Positions 22,562 to 37,810 of a stretch of 64,000 nucleotides of DNA are shown in pieces. Within the stretch, counting starts at the first letter, position 1. Every line of letters begins with the position of its first letter. The stretch comes from Octopus sinensis (taxonomy: Eukaryota). Where the stretch lies: assembly GCF_006345805.1 (NCBI RefSeq), contig NC_042997.1:106206001-106270000 (forward strand). The letters run 5' to 3'. The translations under genes and the position numbers were made by a program. Below the pieces are notes generated by a model, which was not told the DNA's origin, ran no database searches, and saw only the letters and a program-made list of their open reading frames with translations.

Positions 22562-25500
22562 GTAAATGACATATAGTTTGTCAATTACATACATGTTGCT
22601 CACTTCAATCATTCTATTGTTTTCTCTATAAGGCGTGGTCTGTTAATATCGTATCCTACAATTCTCACAATCCCTGTTAAATCCCATTAATATATGTCTA
22701 GAATGTTATTCTTCCTTTTGAAACTATATTTCATAATTATATATATATACACTAATGCGTTATATTATGCTACCACAACACTTAATTTCACTAATTCGAC
22801 ACTTTTGTTTTATTGTAATAGGGTAATAGGATTTTAATTAATTGAAAAGGTCTCTTGTATTTTCTGCGTTTAAAAGTCATAGTAAAGGACAGCTGTGATA
22901 TTTATTACTAGTGATATTGCACCACATTCAATCTCGTAACCCATATTTGTATAATATTACAGTTTGTGGAAACAAAGTAAAACCTCTTCTGTATAATTTC
23001 ACAAATCTTGATACAGTCTTTAACAATAAAAAAATTTAATTAAGATACAGAACAAAATTCCGTAACAGATATAGTTAAGAATATAATCAATAAGAATAGT
23101 ACCTTGTATTTACCTACGTAAACTAGGTAAATATATTTTCAAAACAACTTAATGCACACTAGCTTAATAGAAAATTGATGTTGGGCTTGGGACGATAAAA
23201 GCCTGTTTGTAATGTTCAGTGTGTGAAACTTTATCATTGCAATATTTTTATTGAATATAAGAGAAAGAGAAAAAAAACTTGAACCGAATTATGTTTAAAA
23301 AAGTTCTAGCACGATGTTAAATAGGCCTCTCATATTTTGTTAAAGCGAAATGTTGACTGTCATAGGCAATGATTAAGACTTCCAACCATGACTGTCTTTT
23401 ATCCAGAACAATGTATCTAATATCATATTACCTAAAGAGTCTTCTATTTTTAAATACAATAACAACGTGATTAGAAAGGGATTTTGCTGCCATTTTTAGC
23501 AGCTTAAGTGATCGTGTGGAGGTTCACTCGTCACGTGAAATGAAAATGTAAACACGATAGGCGGGGCCTTTTAGACACACTTTTCAAACTACGTTTATTT
23601 ATAGCATTTATTTCTACGAAGTAATTGAATAAATATGTACAGTATGTCTAATGTTTTTAAGATAAACGTCAACTTCGAAAAGTCTTTTGTTTTTTTAATG
23701 TCGAGCAGATTTATTATCAGTGTAGCTCTGACTACCTTATCTCTTTGTATATTTAAGACTACATCTTTTTTTGTTTTTTAAGAGACGTGAGGGTGTGATT
23801 TGAGGGAAATTTGGTTGCTATTTTTGGCAAGTTGAGTAACCACGTAGAAGCTCTTTAGTCCCTTGTTCTGTCTCATCGTAGATTTGATAGTACATTATCA
23901 GCTCATACGGAAGTATAGTATACAATAGCGAAGTGATGAGAAAGTCATTTTGTTGCTATTTTTACACAATATTCCCATTCGACTGGTGATATTTGTCTGT
24001 AAAAATAAACCTTTTGAAATTTTTTTTTTAATATATTAAACGAATTTCATTTTTATTTTCAATTTAAGGAATTTTGATCAGTACTAGATTTTCACTAGAT
24101 TATATCTCTATATTTTTTCATCTCTCTAAGCCTCTTTCATGCATCCACGCGCAAACAAATATAGTACTGTTTAACGTATTTGGTTGAATATTCACTATAA
24201 ATAAAACAAATTTGAAACTTAAATCAAATATCTTCGCCGGACGCTATGATATAAGTCAAGCTTTTGTGTAGATGTTTTTGTTGAGGAATGTAAACTGGAA
24301 GTAGGGGGCACTTTTTTTTTTTTTTGCACCCACATACCACGCTTACACGGCACAATCGTGACTAGTTAGCAGTGACCGAATGATATAGGTCGTCTGCTTT
24401 GGTGTCATTGTGACCTTTGTCGTCTGCTTAAATATCAATTTGTAATCTATGTCGTCTGCTTAAGTATTATTGTGTTGAGACCTAGGTCATCAGCTGAATC
24501 CTTTCTGTATGACCTAGGTCATTGGCTCAAATATCAGTGTGTGCCCTTGGTCGTCTGCTTAATTATATATATACTATGGGACCTATGTCATCTGCTCAAG
24601 CATCTCTGACTGTGTTTGTACAACAACAGCATTTTGAATCAGTTAACATAGTGATTTATCCGTATTGGGTTTCTGTGATTTGTATGCTATGGAACAAGGT
24701 GAATGATCCTTTTCAAAAATGGAAGATTTTACAAAGAGCGTTACAAAATAGGGAGATTGCCATCATCATTATCTGCTTGTCATCCCCCTACTAAATTATA
24801 AAGATTTCATTTCAGAGAATGAAGTTGAGACAAGGAGTAATTTCTTCTTTGTTGTAAATAAAGTCATACTGCTATCCAGTGTGCATACATACATCAAAGA
24901 GAACACGTGTGATGAAAGTAAAATTGGACACCAGAGGTATCACTCACAGTTTTGTGATTGATACCTCTAATACAAAAGACATGATTGTTGATATGGTGCA
25001 TATGAAGGATGTTAGTTGATTGTAAAAATGCAAGTGGAAGGAGCTTATAGGAGAAAAAAATGTGGTCTGATTTTAGGATACCAGGCCTCGTAAAACAGAT
25101 GACAAACATTATGACAAGAGGTTGTACATGGTTGGTGGAAGATATGACGGTTTCATGTGGATGATATTCTGTATCCTCATGTACTTGAGAATGGAGACTA
25201 GATGAAATTTTCTATGCATAAAAGGATGTGTAGTTAAAGGTGTCTGCAAATATCTATTGTGATTGCAAGAACCAAACCAGCAATGAAAAACTGACTTAAA
25301 AAATGATGGTGAATAGAAACTCACCAGCTTAGTTTCATTCAGTAGTAACAGAATCATTGTATTTCCACAAATGTTAGCAATTACAATGACACATTTTTTG
25401 AATATCTAAAACTCTCACAAAAGCTGTTTTAGTCCTGAACAACTACTGATTAATAAGAGACAAATATTTTTTTACATTAGAGTATTGCTCACACATTTGA

Positions 25501-25659
25501 GCTGGATCACTTATGTTCTCAACTGCATCAAAGCAATGCTTGCTTACATGTTAGACATGCTTCCAATCACCAACTCTAAAAGAATTGCTGAATTTCTTAT
25601 ATTCCTAAAATAGTCTCTTGACCATGTTATGTTGCATCCTCCCAAACTCACTTCATGCA

Positions 25660-26135
25660 AGTACTTCTCTTTTTGTCTGAGCATAAGAGGAATCAGATGT
25701 CATGTGTTAGAAGACTAGACTGGTATGGAAGTATGATACAGATGAATAAGGAGAGCTTTATAAAGAAGTATCGATCACTTAACATAGATATGGCTTTCAG
25801 AAAGGAACCCAGAAAAACATGGGATGAAGTGATGAATACTAATCTCAGGGCCTTGAACTGGGATGACTGGTGATAAGCTGAGATTCTGGAAGCATGATAT
25901 GTATAGATATGCACAACTGGGCCCTTTACCCAACTTTCTCCTCAAGCCAGCTCCTCCAACCATCATCTCTCTAACTGCAGTATTCTGCTGTAAAGTGGTT
26001 GGCATCTAGCCATTGAAACTATGCCAGAGCAGACACTGGAGTGCAATGCAGTCTGTAGATTTGTTGGATCCTGTCAAACCATCCAACCCACACCAGCATG
26101 GAACATGGATATTAAATGATGATGATGAGGATGAT
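25660..26135 (+). mobile_element. RTE-clade LINE C-terminal remnant followed by a family-B-like tail
   Basis: VRRLDWYGSMIQM...EPRKTWDEVMNTNLRALN resembles the RTE RLRWFGHV.RM...GRPRKTW motif; ends CCAGCATGGAACATGGATATTAAATGATGATGATG. Confidence 0.65.
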
Positions 26136-29100
26136 TCCATAACAGTCGCCTTTATTCAACTCTTCAAATAAAGCATCCCGTTCAATGCATTTCCATTTGC
26201 ACCAACTCACTCGTCTTAAACGAGTGAAATAATTATTTTTCTAAAGCACCAAGGCAATTCTGTAAGGACAGACTGTAAACAGATTCATATCTTCTTAATA
26301 ATCTTTTAATAATTTTTTCCATGCTTGCATGGGTTGGACAGCCTTCTTCAATACAGTGTCTTATCATTCATTGCAATCCCTTGTCATTTTTATGAGTTTC
26401 AGCCTTTTGTGATTATCCTTCATATCTTTCCATTTCTTCTTCAGGTTTCTTTCGCAAGTTCCTATCCTTCTTATGCATCATCATCATCGTTCAGCATCCG
26501 CTTTCCATGCTGGCATGGGTTGGATGGTTTGACATAGAGCTGTCCAGGCTCTAATTGTCTGTTGTGGCATGGTTTCTATGGCTAGATGCCCTTCCTAATG
26601 CCAACCACTTAAGAGAGTGTGCTGGGTGCTTTTTATGTATTACCAGCATCAGGTGCATATTAGTGCAGTCTTTTCTTTTTTCATGCTACAGTATCCATGC
26701 TGATGTCACATAAAAGCACTCATGCCCATGCCATGTAAAAGCACCCAATACATTTTGTGAAGTGGTTGGTGTTAGGAAGAGTATCCAGCCATATAATCCA
26801 TGCCAAAACAGACAAATGGAGCCTGGGCATCTCTCCAGCTAGCCAGTGCCTGTCAAAACATCCAGCCCATGCCAGCATGGGGAACAGATATTAAATGATG
26901 ATGATAATCTGATTTCTCTATACCCAATTTTTCTCTCAGTTCATTTGAGCTCTGTTGTTCAGCTGCAGACTCACTTTGCACAACCTATGCCCATACCCTA
27001 AGCAAATAATTCACTTTGAATGACGAATATATAGATGTAACTCTTGTCTCATGGTTGAGATGTTGCAGTAGCAAGGGTAGCTAACTGTAATGACAATTGT
27101 TCCAGCAAAATATAATTTACCTTTACAAAAGTAAAGGAACCATTAAAAAAAAACATTGTATTGTAAAGTAGTGTTTGTTAACTAAAGCAAATCACTTTCT
27201 TTCAATGGGATAAAAGTTGTTTTATTTTTTTTAACGGAAGTGATAAAGTTAATTAGTTGTATCTTGTGAGTGAATATTTCATTTGCCACAAAGATTATTG
27301 AACTCAGAACAGGGGAGTAGTTTTTGTGAGGTGAGAAACTATGAAGTGAAAAGGCTTGATTTCACTTATATACTGAATTAGATACAGATAAAGGTGAGCT
27401 ATCAGATAAGAAAACAAGGTGAAATGGGGATGAAAGAAAGTGTTGCACTAATACAGTGCCACTAAATGAAATGTAGCCATGTTGGGGCACCACTTTGAAG
27501 GGGTTTTGTCAAACAAGTCAACCCCAGTACTTAGTTTTAAGTCTGGCACTTACTCTAGTGGTGGTGGTGGAACATAAACAAACCAACACCAGTTATCATG
27601 CATTGGAGAAACAAACACAGGCATAAAATACACACACACTCACACATATACACACTTACATATGATGGGCTTCCATACAGTTTCTGTCCACCAAGCTCAT
27701 TCACAAGGCATTAGTTGGCTTGGGGCTATAGTAGAAGACACTTGACCAAGGTGTCATACAGTGAAACTGGACCTGAAATCATGAGGTTGCAAATCAAGAT
27801 TCTTAACTACACTGCCATCTTTGTACCTTGATAAAATGTTCAATACAATAATGATTTCTTCTGCTCAGACTCAAGTTCAGGTTTTTGAAGAGCTGTTACA
27901 TAGTCTCACGTCAGCACTGATCAAACAGCAGATGTATAGCATGTGGCTGGTCAAACTAATGAAAGGTACAATTCATAGATCTATTGTTCCAAGCATACTA
28001 CCATGCCCTCACCTAACAATATTTTATTAATGAAGGACAAAATTAACCTTAGCATTAATTATACTCATAATGATGTACCAAACATACACTTACACACTTT
28101 TGCTTTCCTCTTTCCCTACTAGTACAAACATTCTATGCACACCAACCAACAAGAAATCCTCTGCTGCAAGGGTGTCAAACATAAGACATGTCAGATCTGG
28201 CCTGTCCCATGGCAAAGTTTAGTCCAGCTCACAGCTCAATTTTATAAATAAAAGAACTTCATTATTTCAATTTTAAAATATTCTGTAAAATATATAATCA
28301 ATAGCTTGCATTCAGAGTCAGAGCCTGACTAGAGTTTTAATTAATATCCTCATCCTTGCTTAATGTCCATTTTCCATGCTGGCATGGGTTATAAGAGCTG
28401 GCATGCCAGGGGGTTGTGCCAAGCTCTCTTGTCTGTTTTAACATGGTTTCTATGCCAACCATTTTACAAAGTGTACTGAGTGTTTTTTTTTTTCATGGCA
28501 TGAACACTGATGGGGGTCACCAAGTAACTTGCAGGACAAGTCATTCCACTCAACTGGGTTGAAGGAGAATACTATTGAGGGAAGTGACTTTGAGCCGGTT
28601 GGTGAGATATTGAAGGAATAATAGAGAGATAGAGATAGGTATCTTGTAGAAGGGATACAAGGATACTCCAGTTGGAGAAGAAAGGATAAAAGATAGAGCT
28701 GGGGTGGTTATGTGTCAAGACATACACTCAAGGTATGAATATAGGTGAAATGTTACAGAGAATTGGACTAGGTGAGATGACAGGATAGACAGAGTGGAGA
28801 GTTTCATAAGAATGCAAGGAATGTTAGTTCAGATGGGATAGAGGTGGCGAGCACCTATAAGAATCTTTTATTATCTCAACCTGTGAAAATGATACTTATG
28901 AATTTATATACAAAAAATTGTGACCTATTTCCTTTTTTTTTTTATCTACACATGTCAAACCAGACAATTTTTTTTTGTATACTTTACAAGTTTACATGAT
29001 CATCCAAATGGATTCTAGTAATATGAACAATATTGAAAGGTCTTTCTATTAAGCACTGGTCTTCTCAAGAACTATGCATTTATTTGAACAATTTCTATTT

Positions 29101-32100
29101 TAACTTCTTTCTCTAAGGTCTCTTTCTTTACAGAACTCTATAACTACCTGAATACATTTTCTCCATACATCTTTGCTCACAAACTTTACTGACACATCAT
29201 TGTTTCCTCTCTTCATTGTCAATAAAGTTGTATTTTGACATCTTTCTTTATATGCTTTAGCCTCATCATCATCATTGTTTAACAGCCATCTTCATTGCAT
29301 GCATAGGTAGGACAGTTCACAGGAGCTGATCAGGTAGAAAATCTACCATATGCTACTGTCTGTTTGGACAGGGTTTTTCCGGCTGGATACCCTTCCTAAC
29401 ACCAAAGAGTGTACTCAGTGCTTTTTACGTGGAGCTAGCTCAGGCAAGGTTAGTTTTGGCTGTTTTTTACAGCTGGATGCCCTTCCAAATGCCACTTTAC
29501 AGTGTGGACTGGATGCTTTTTACGTGGCACCAGTACTGGCAGGGTTACTACATAACTCACAAGACAAAAAATTATGAAAGGGGCAGGGGCATTTGAGGAG
29601 GAAAATTCATGTCAGGATGAAAGGTTAGAGGGTGACAAAGAAACAGAAACAGAAACATTATATATATAAGAATTTAGGAGCAGTTGTCCCTATCCAGTTT
29701 AAGCTTCAATCTGGCATGAAAAGCCAAATGAGCTTGACAATCCTGCTCTATATTATCACTCACCCTGCTAGAAATAGAAGTCAAAATTCTCACTCCACTA
29801 GCTTAGAGTTTATAAATTAAACAGGAAAAGATACTTTAGGTCATAGGTTCTGAAACTATGCACCAAGAGGTACTAATATGCTTTTTTCTCTTTCTTTATA
29901 TCATTTTACTTATTACATTTGTAGGACTGTGACCATGCTGAGGTACCACCTTGAAGGGTTTGCTTGGATAAATTGACCCCAGCATTTATTCTTTAGAGTC
30001 TAGTGTTTATTCTATTAGTTTCTTCTTCCATATCACCAAGTTGTAGGGATGTAAACAAACCAATGTTGATAGTCCAGCAATGGAAATGGGGGGGGGGCAC
30101 AAACACAAAGACATGCAGATACATATATATGTATTATCTTTTATTTGTTTCAGTCATTAGACAGTGGCCATGCTGGGGCACCCCCTTGAAAAATTTGTAG
30201 TCAAATGAATCAACCCCAGTGCTTATTTTTTTAAGCCTGGTACTTATTCTATTAGTCTCTTTTGCCAAACCATTAGGTTATGGGGGTATAAACATGCCAA
30301 TACTGTCAAGTAGTGGTGGGGGACCAAACATAGACACAAAGACACACATACATATATATTACAATGGGCTTCTTTTGGTTTCTGTCTGCCAAAATCCACT
30401 CGCAAGGTTTTGTTTGGCCCTGAGGCTATAGTAGAAGACACTTGCCCAAAATTCCATGCAATGGAACTGAACCTGGAACTATGTGGTTGGGAAGCAAGCG
30501 TCTTGCTTCCACACTATTTCCATCTGCCAAATTCTCTCACAAGGTCTAGATCAGCTCAGGGCTATAGCAGAAGATGCTTGCCCCTGGTGCTGCACTGTGG
30601 GACTGAACCCAAATCCACATGGTTGCAAAATGAGTTTTTTTAACCATATAGTTATGTCTGTGCAACTGAGTTTTTAAAATATGATTTAACTCTTTATCAT
30701 TCAGATTACTCTGTTAAATGTAATACATTTTCATTCAAATTGTTTTGAATTAACTATGCTTTATCTTGTAGCTTTGAGGTTTCAATAATGTTATGGTATA
30801 GTTTTACAATGACATTGTTAGATAGGTGTGAGAGGCCAGATCTGTTCGGTTTGAACATATAGCAGGTAGAAAATTTGGGGCTGGATACAGCTGGTTTAAA
30901 AGCTAAATCCATGTTAATACTTTGAGCTTTCAAAAGCAAAGCATGTTACTCATAATTTTGTTATACACAAATGTGATTGATGAACATTTCTACAATAGGC
31001 ACAAGGCCTGAAATTTGGGGGTAGGTGACTAGTTGATTACATCAACCCCAGTGTTTCACTGGTACTTAATTTATCAACCCCAAAAGGATGAAAGGCAAAG
31101 TCAACCTTGGTGGAATTTGAACTCAGAATGTAGCAGCAGATGAAATATTGCTAAGCATTTCACCCGGCATGCTAATGATTCTGTCAGAAGCTAAGTAAAT
31201 AATAATTTTCTAGGGATTTTTTTCTAAATTTTAAAATTTAAAGCAGTCTTTTTTTTTAATTTCTTACTTTCTATACAAAATACACCAGTAACTTTATATT
31301 TGATCTCCAGCACTTCTCACTGTCAAAAAATGTTGAGATACCATTGCATTAGATAATGTGTTTCTATAAACTCCTAATAAAATGGCAGGATAGTCTTGAC
31401 TGAAATACATGTGATCATAAGCTTTTTTTTCTATCAGGCATGGCTGTGTGGTTAAAAATCTTGCTTATTTACCTCATAGTCACAGGTTCAATCCCACTGC
31501 ATGGTACCTTAGGCAAGTATCTTCTACAATAGCTCTCAGCGAACTGATGCCTTGTGAATGAATTTGGTAGATGGAAAACTGTGTGGAAGCCCATAGCGTG
31601 TGTATATATCTCTGTGTCTGTGTTTGCCCTTTCCCACTTGATAGCCTGTGTTGGTTTGTTTACATTTCTGTAACATCATTTCAGCAATAGAATAAGTAGA
31701 ATTTTTTAAAAAAATAAGTACTGGGTTGATTTGCAGTGTTTCAGCTCCAGCATGGCCACAGTCCAGTGACTGCAACAAGTAAAAGATTAAAGATATCAAA
31801 ACTGAGCTGAAGTTCAACAATAACAGCAATAAGAACTACTTCCTGCACCCACACCCACTTCTTCCGTCCTTAAAAATCCTAGGCATCCTACGTATGTAAA
31901 AATAGGAAAAAATACATTGTTTATTAAAGGGCTTTCTTTGCCCCATATTTATCTATCACTTACAATGTTCCCTCTCTCTTTTCAGAGGTTTCTTAAGATT
32001 TTTCTAATAAATAAATGAATATAAATGAACACAAAGGCACACCACACAAGTGTTTCTAATTATTTCACAGTTATAATGTAAGAAAGAACAAACGTAACAT

Positions 32101-32236
32101 TTGGTTTAGCTTCTTTTATGGCATTTCACAATCAGTTTCACTTTGCTTGGCTCTATGTGTATACATTTATATATACATCTTTATATACACACACCTGCAT
32201 ATACATCATCGTTTAACATCTGCCTTCCATGCTGGC

Positions 32237-32271
<35 letters not shown>

Positions 32272-34928
32272 TATACATATATAAACATATATATCCATCT
32301 ATGTGTTTGTTGTGTGTATGTATGTACATCTATGTATATATATAAAACCCCATCTACTATCTCACAACCTTTGACGCTGCCTATATACATTTTTATTCCT
32401 TCATTATGTTGTTATGCCATGCTACATTTGTATTATTTGTTCATTGGCTTTTACCTTCTTCGTTCTGGTACATCTCCCCACTTCTGTTTATTCTTATTTC
32501 ATAAGCGAAATGTTGTTGTTCTTGTTGGTAACTAACACTGGAGAGGATACTGATTCAATATAATTTCCAAAGAGGAAAAGGCATCTCTTTATTCGAATTT
32601 TATTACATATAACAGTCTTCATTAGCACAAGTTATTACTTCAAGCTTGACTCATTTTGACTTCATAACTTATGGTTTCTTTCCAGCCCTTCCAACTTTGG
32701 CACAACACCCAGCAATTTGGCGGGGAGGGGGTAAGTTGATTAGACCAACCCCAATGCTCTACTAGTAAAGCACCATCCGATCGTGGCCGTTTGCCAGCCT
32801 CATCTGGCACGTAAAAAGCACCCACTACACTCACGGAGTGGTTGGCATTAGGAAGGGCATCCAACCGTAGAAACATTGCCAGATCAGACTGGGCCTGGTG
32901 CAGCCTTCTGGCTTCCCAGACCCCAGTTGAACCATCCAACCCATGCTAGCATGGAAAGCGGACGCTAAACGATGATGATGATGATGATAAATAAGAAAGG
33001 ATTAAAGTCAAAGTTGACTTAGCCGAATTTGAACACAGAATGTAAAGATGAACAAAATGCCACCAAGCATTTTACCCAGCATGCTATCTCACCACCTTCA
33101 TCGCATTGTATATTACCATAACTCCTTATTCCACCCCCCCACTATTTTCCAACACATGCATTCACATTTAAATACACGATTAAACTATCAACCCTTTACA
33201 GGAAATGATTATCATAATTTTTGTTTAGTTGTTCTTCATTGCTATTATCATTATGTAACCTTTAATTATGTATTAATGTCAGTCATAAACGTTTATGAGG
33301 TTATTAATGTTATTAATTATAATATTATGCATTTATTTTGTTGTTGACTTCTGGCTGTGGTTAATTTCTTTTGCTCTTGATTGGTAGATTAAAAAGCTTT
33401 TTAAGCTGTTCACATTCAGAGTGAAAATATATCTTGATAATCACTGCTTTGTCTATATAATGGTGAAATAACCCTTTCTACTATAGGCACAAGACCTGAG
33501 ATTTTTGGGGAGGAGGCCAGTTGATATGATCGACCCCAGTATGCAACTGGTACTTAATTTATCAATCCCAAAGGGATGAAAGGCAAAGTCAACCTCAGTG
33601 GAATTTGAACTCAGAACGTAGTGATGAGTGAAATACTGATAAGCACTTCATCCAGCATGCTAACGTTTCTGCCAGCTCGCTGCCTTGTAATGGTGAAATA
33701 ACAGTCACATATGAAACATAAGAAAATATTATGTTTTTTATTGGGAGTTATTCATGCTCTGAAATATGTTTGTCATAACAGACAGTTGAATTGTTAGAAG
33801 GCAGATGAAAATATACACACACACACACACAAGTGTGAGGCATTAGTATTAAGCGGTTTTATCTAACCTCTTTTGCTTGACTAATATTAGGATGATGTCA
33901 TATCACTCCTCCTCCTGCTAAAAAAAAATTTTAGTTTGAAATCTCTGTTCCTAAGAATCATAATTAGAAACAACTACTACTACCCACAACCACTATACTA
34001 CTACTAATGATAATAATAATAATAATAATAATGATTTCAAATTTTGCCACAAGAGCAGCCATTTTGGAGGAAGGGGTGTGTCAATTACATCAACTCCAGT
34101 ATTCTATCAACCTCGAAAGGACGAAAGGCAAAGTTGACCTCAGCAGAAATTGAACTCAGAATGTAGTGACAGGCAAAATACCTGTAAGCTTTTAGTCCAA
34201 CACACTAACGATTCTGTCAGCTTGCCAAGGCACTAGGCCTGAAATTTTGAGGGTGGGGTCATATTGATTACATCAACCCAAATCTTCAACTAGTACTTTT
34301 TCATCAAACCCCGAAAGGATGAAAGGCAAAGTTGATCTTGACAGAATTTAAACTCTGATTGTAAAGACAGATAAAATTCTGCTAAGCATTTTGCCGGGTG
34401 TGCTGACGATCCTGCTGGCATCACTGCCTTGATGCACAAGTCCCCTATCACCACTTGACAACTGTTGTTCTTTTGTTTACATCCTCATAACTTATCAGTT
34501 TGACAAGAGGTGATTGGTAGTATGAGTATCAGGCTTAGAAAACATAAATACGGGGATTGATTTGTTTGACTAAACTCTTTAAGGCAGTGCCCCAGTAGGA
34601 CTGCAATCTAATGACTGAAACTCTCATGACCTGGTCCAGTAATTAGATACTTCAGTAATTATTTTTGCCTGACAGGGTCACCTTTACTTTTGTAGCAGTT
34701 GACTATAATGCTGCTACATCAGTCATTGTGTATGACTTCCTCATGGGACCACCTGATTAATTCTACAAGTGACTAGGCCAATTCCAATCCACTAAATATT
34801 TAAGCATCTCAGTAACCATTCTTGATGGGCAAGGGCCTTTCCCTGTCTTCATATCCTTAATTGCTTTATCGACCAGCTATATGTCAGTTCAGATAGATGG
34901 TCCCTGTAGTGGGTCCAAGATATATATA

Positions 34929-35494
34929 TTGGGTTGTCCGGAAAGTTCATGCCGATTTATAGTAGCTTACCTTTCAACTTATTTTAGAACATGGTTGAGT
35001 CCATAAAACAGGATTTGACTACACCTCCATTTAGAGCACAGTTTATGCTATCTTTTTGTTGAAGAAGGTTTATGTTCCTATAACCTGTGTTAATTCTGTA
35101 ACCCTTTAAAATGGAAGATAAGAAAGTTAATTTTCGGCACTTGATGTTTTGGGAACCAGATAAATATTGCTGCAGTTTGGCTGGGATGTGTTACCTCACC
35201 CTCCGTATTCACCAGATATTGCTCCTTCGGATTTCCACTTATTCAGGTCTCTGCAGAATAGTCTTAATGGTAAAAATTTCAATTCCTTGGTTGACATAAA
35301 AAGATACCTTGATGAATTTTTTGCCATGAAACCCCCTCAATTCTGGGAAGTGGGTATTTTCAAGTTAAAGGAAAGATGGAGAAGCATTGTGCAACAAAAT
35401 GGTTCATGTTTGGTTGATTAAAAATGTAATGGCAAGTATTTATTGACCTTTTTCTTTCCTTTAAAAATCGGCATGAACTTTCCAGACAACCCAA
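34929..35494 (+). mobile_element. Internally deleted mariner element (566 bp) with both TIRs
   Basis: 30-bp TIRs TTGGGTTGTCCGGAAAGTTCATGCCGATTT (1 mismatch) flanked by TA; VLPHPPYSPDIAPSDFHLFRSLQNSL motif. Confidence 0.9.
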
Positions 35495-35735
35495 TAGTTT
35501 ATTCTATGCATTAATGCCCTCATGAGTAATTACAGTACTTCCTTCTGAGAACAATTTATGACAGATATTACAAAAATGCAGAACATTGCTTCACCTCTGT
35601 CTTCAATTCGTCTACTTTGTAGCTGACTTAGACATAAAAGAATCACCATAATAATACTCTCACCCTAATTAATTCGACATGTTGTGCTAGTCTAAGAAAT
35701 TATTAATTAATGTTAACTTTATTATTTCGTTTCAG

Positions 35736-35797
35736 TAAAAAACCGTGAAAAATTCAAGGAATTTGTAAATACTCTATCACATGTGAAAGATGATAAG
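35736..35797 (+). CDS. sowah: Sowah coding exon 2
   Basis: Acceptor TTTCAG; (G)TA AAA AAC... gives VKNREKFKEFVNTLSHVKDDK, continuing the wHTH domain (R..FK.FVN....VK); donor GTGAGC; phases match exons 1 and 3. Confidence 0.88.
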
Positions 35798-37559
35798 GTG
35801 AGCATTTGTTTTTTGTTTTTTTTTTTGTTGTTTTGCCAAAGTCAGCCCAGATTTAGCCTACTTAAGATCAAAGGTATTCTAGTTATGACCAACCTGTTTT
35901 CCTAACATAGTTTGTTTTAGACTAAAATGTCCAGTATGCCCTTTCTTTTTGATAAAGACAATTGACTGTGATTTAAGAGATTCGGCTGCTTTTTTTACAA
36001 GTCAAAATTTGCTTGCTAATTTTTTACATGTTGCAATTTGGCTGCTATTTGTGGCAGATCAAGCTACCATATAAAGGGTCTTTCATTGTTGTTACTGCTC
36101 AGCTCCAATATGTCCTTCCTTTTAAAGCTAGTAGGGTATGATATGAGAAAGATTTGACTGCTGTTTCTAGCACGTCATGCATCTACATAGTGGCTTCCTC
36201 TGATGGCTTGTTTTTGAGATCATTAGGTCTTGGGGGATTTTCTTTTATTATTTATATCTGTTATTGATCTCTAAGATTGGGAGAAGGCTACACTTTGGAG
36301 GAGAGATATAGTCAGTCATATTGACGCTGTGATGATGGCAATTTCTTTGTACCTGAAAATCATGAGGAAGAGCAGCACACCTTCACGTGGTTATGTGAAC
36401 TGATCATTGATGTTGCAGGGCATTTTTCCTGCCTGCACTTAATAGCTTTAAAGTGAGTATCAGTCCACACAATCCGATCCTACTCTTTAGAATTGGTGGC
36501 CTGACCACAGCTACAGTGACCAACAGGCCTGACCACAGCTGCAGTGACCAACAAGCTGTAAGTTTTTTTTACATTGGATTGACTTTCTTCTAGGTGAATT
36601 GCCATACAGGACTGGTGAGCTCAGCCTACCCTGGAGTTGCTGGAGAACTGACTGAATAGTCAAATGTATTCCAGCCATGACCATCTTACTTTTTTTGTTA
36701 AATGTAATTGTTTAGCCCTCAATTGGTCTGATTAAGCAAACCTATGATCCAAACTTTTCCATCATTGATTGTCCAGTTTTGTAGGGTTGTTTAGGACTTT
36801 GTTAATTAATGGGTCTTTTCTATTTCACAGTAGCGTATACTTTGAGGGAGGTTTGGTTGTGATTATTAGCTGGTTGGTCATCCACAGAGGTTTGCTTATC
36901 TCAATCAGGGAAAGTGTTCTCTGGACTCCATCATTCAAAATTTCCTTCTTTCTCTATGCTAGTAGGGTATATAATGATGGAGATTTGGCTGCTATTTCTA
37001 TCAAGTCAAATAATAACATAGAGGTTTTCTTGCTGGCTTATCAGCAACTGAAGTGAATGGTGCCTGAATACAGTACGTGAAAAGCTGAAGAACTGTATTA
37101 CATTATCCAAAAGTACAATGCTTTCATTTTCAAGTCCAACTGCCTAGAATCACTGGTTACAGATTAGTTCTAAATATGCTTTAGATTCAGAAGTAACTTA
37201 AGCAATTTAACAAATGCTTTTAGAGGGAAGGTTGGGCTAGTAAAGCCCAAACCTAGGAAATTATTCTTGGATCTTATCAGTTAACACTACAGAATTTTCA
37301 AGATACAAAAATATTGTTCACATTCTTTAGCTATTGAGGTTTTCCAAGGCAACTATAGTTGCAATTAAACACTGAGGCTACTTATTAGAATAATAGCGAA
37401 TCTGATATCAGTGGCTATGATGCCTATTATGGTGAAAATGCAAGATGTTGTAGCAGCACTGGAGGCTGGATCAATTTCACTAAGTAGTAGAGCAAAGGAT
37501 ATTTAATATGTCTGTAAGTCTGCCTCTTATGTGTCTATAGTTTACAATGAATACAGCAT

Positions 37560-37810
37560 ACTAGACCATTTCCCTGAAGTTACCTTTAACTCTTGGTCTG
37601 GCTACCATGCTTGGAATTTCCTCTTGAATTCCCCTATAGCTTCAGCTAAGAGTACTAGGCTGTCGGCATATAGGAATTCCGATGGATAGCTAATCTTAAA
37701 TTCCTCTGTAATGGCTTTAAAGACACTATAATGAATGAGAGGGAACTGATGACTGAACCATGATGAACTTCTACCTTTGTGTCAAATTCATCACTGACCT
37801 TCACTTTATT
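37560..37810 (-). mobile_element. RTE-clade RT fragment
   Basis: VSDEFDTKVEVHHGSVISSLSFIIV resembles the RTE SEEF...VGVHQGSVLSPLLFIIV motif. Confidence 0.6.
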
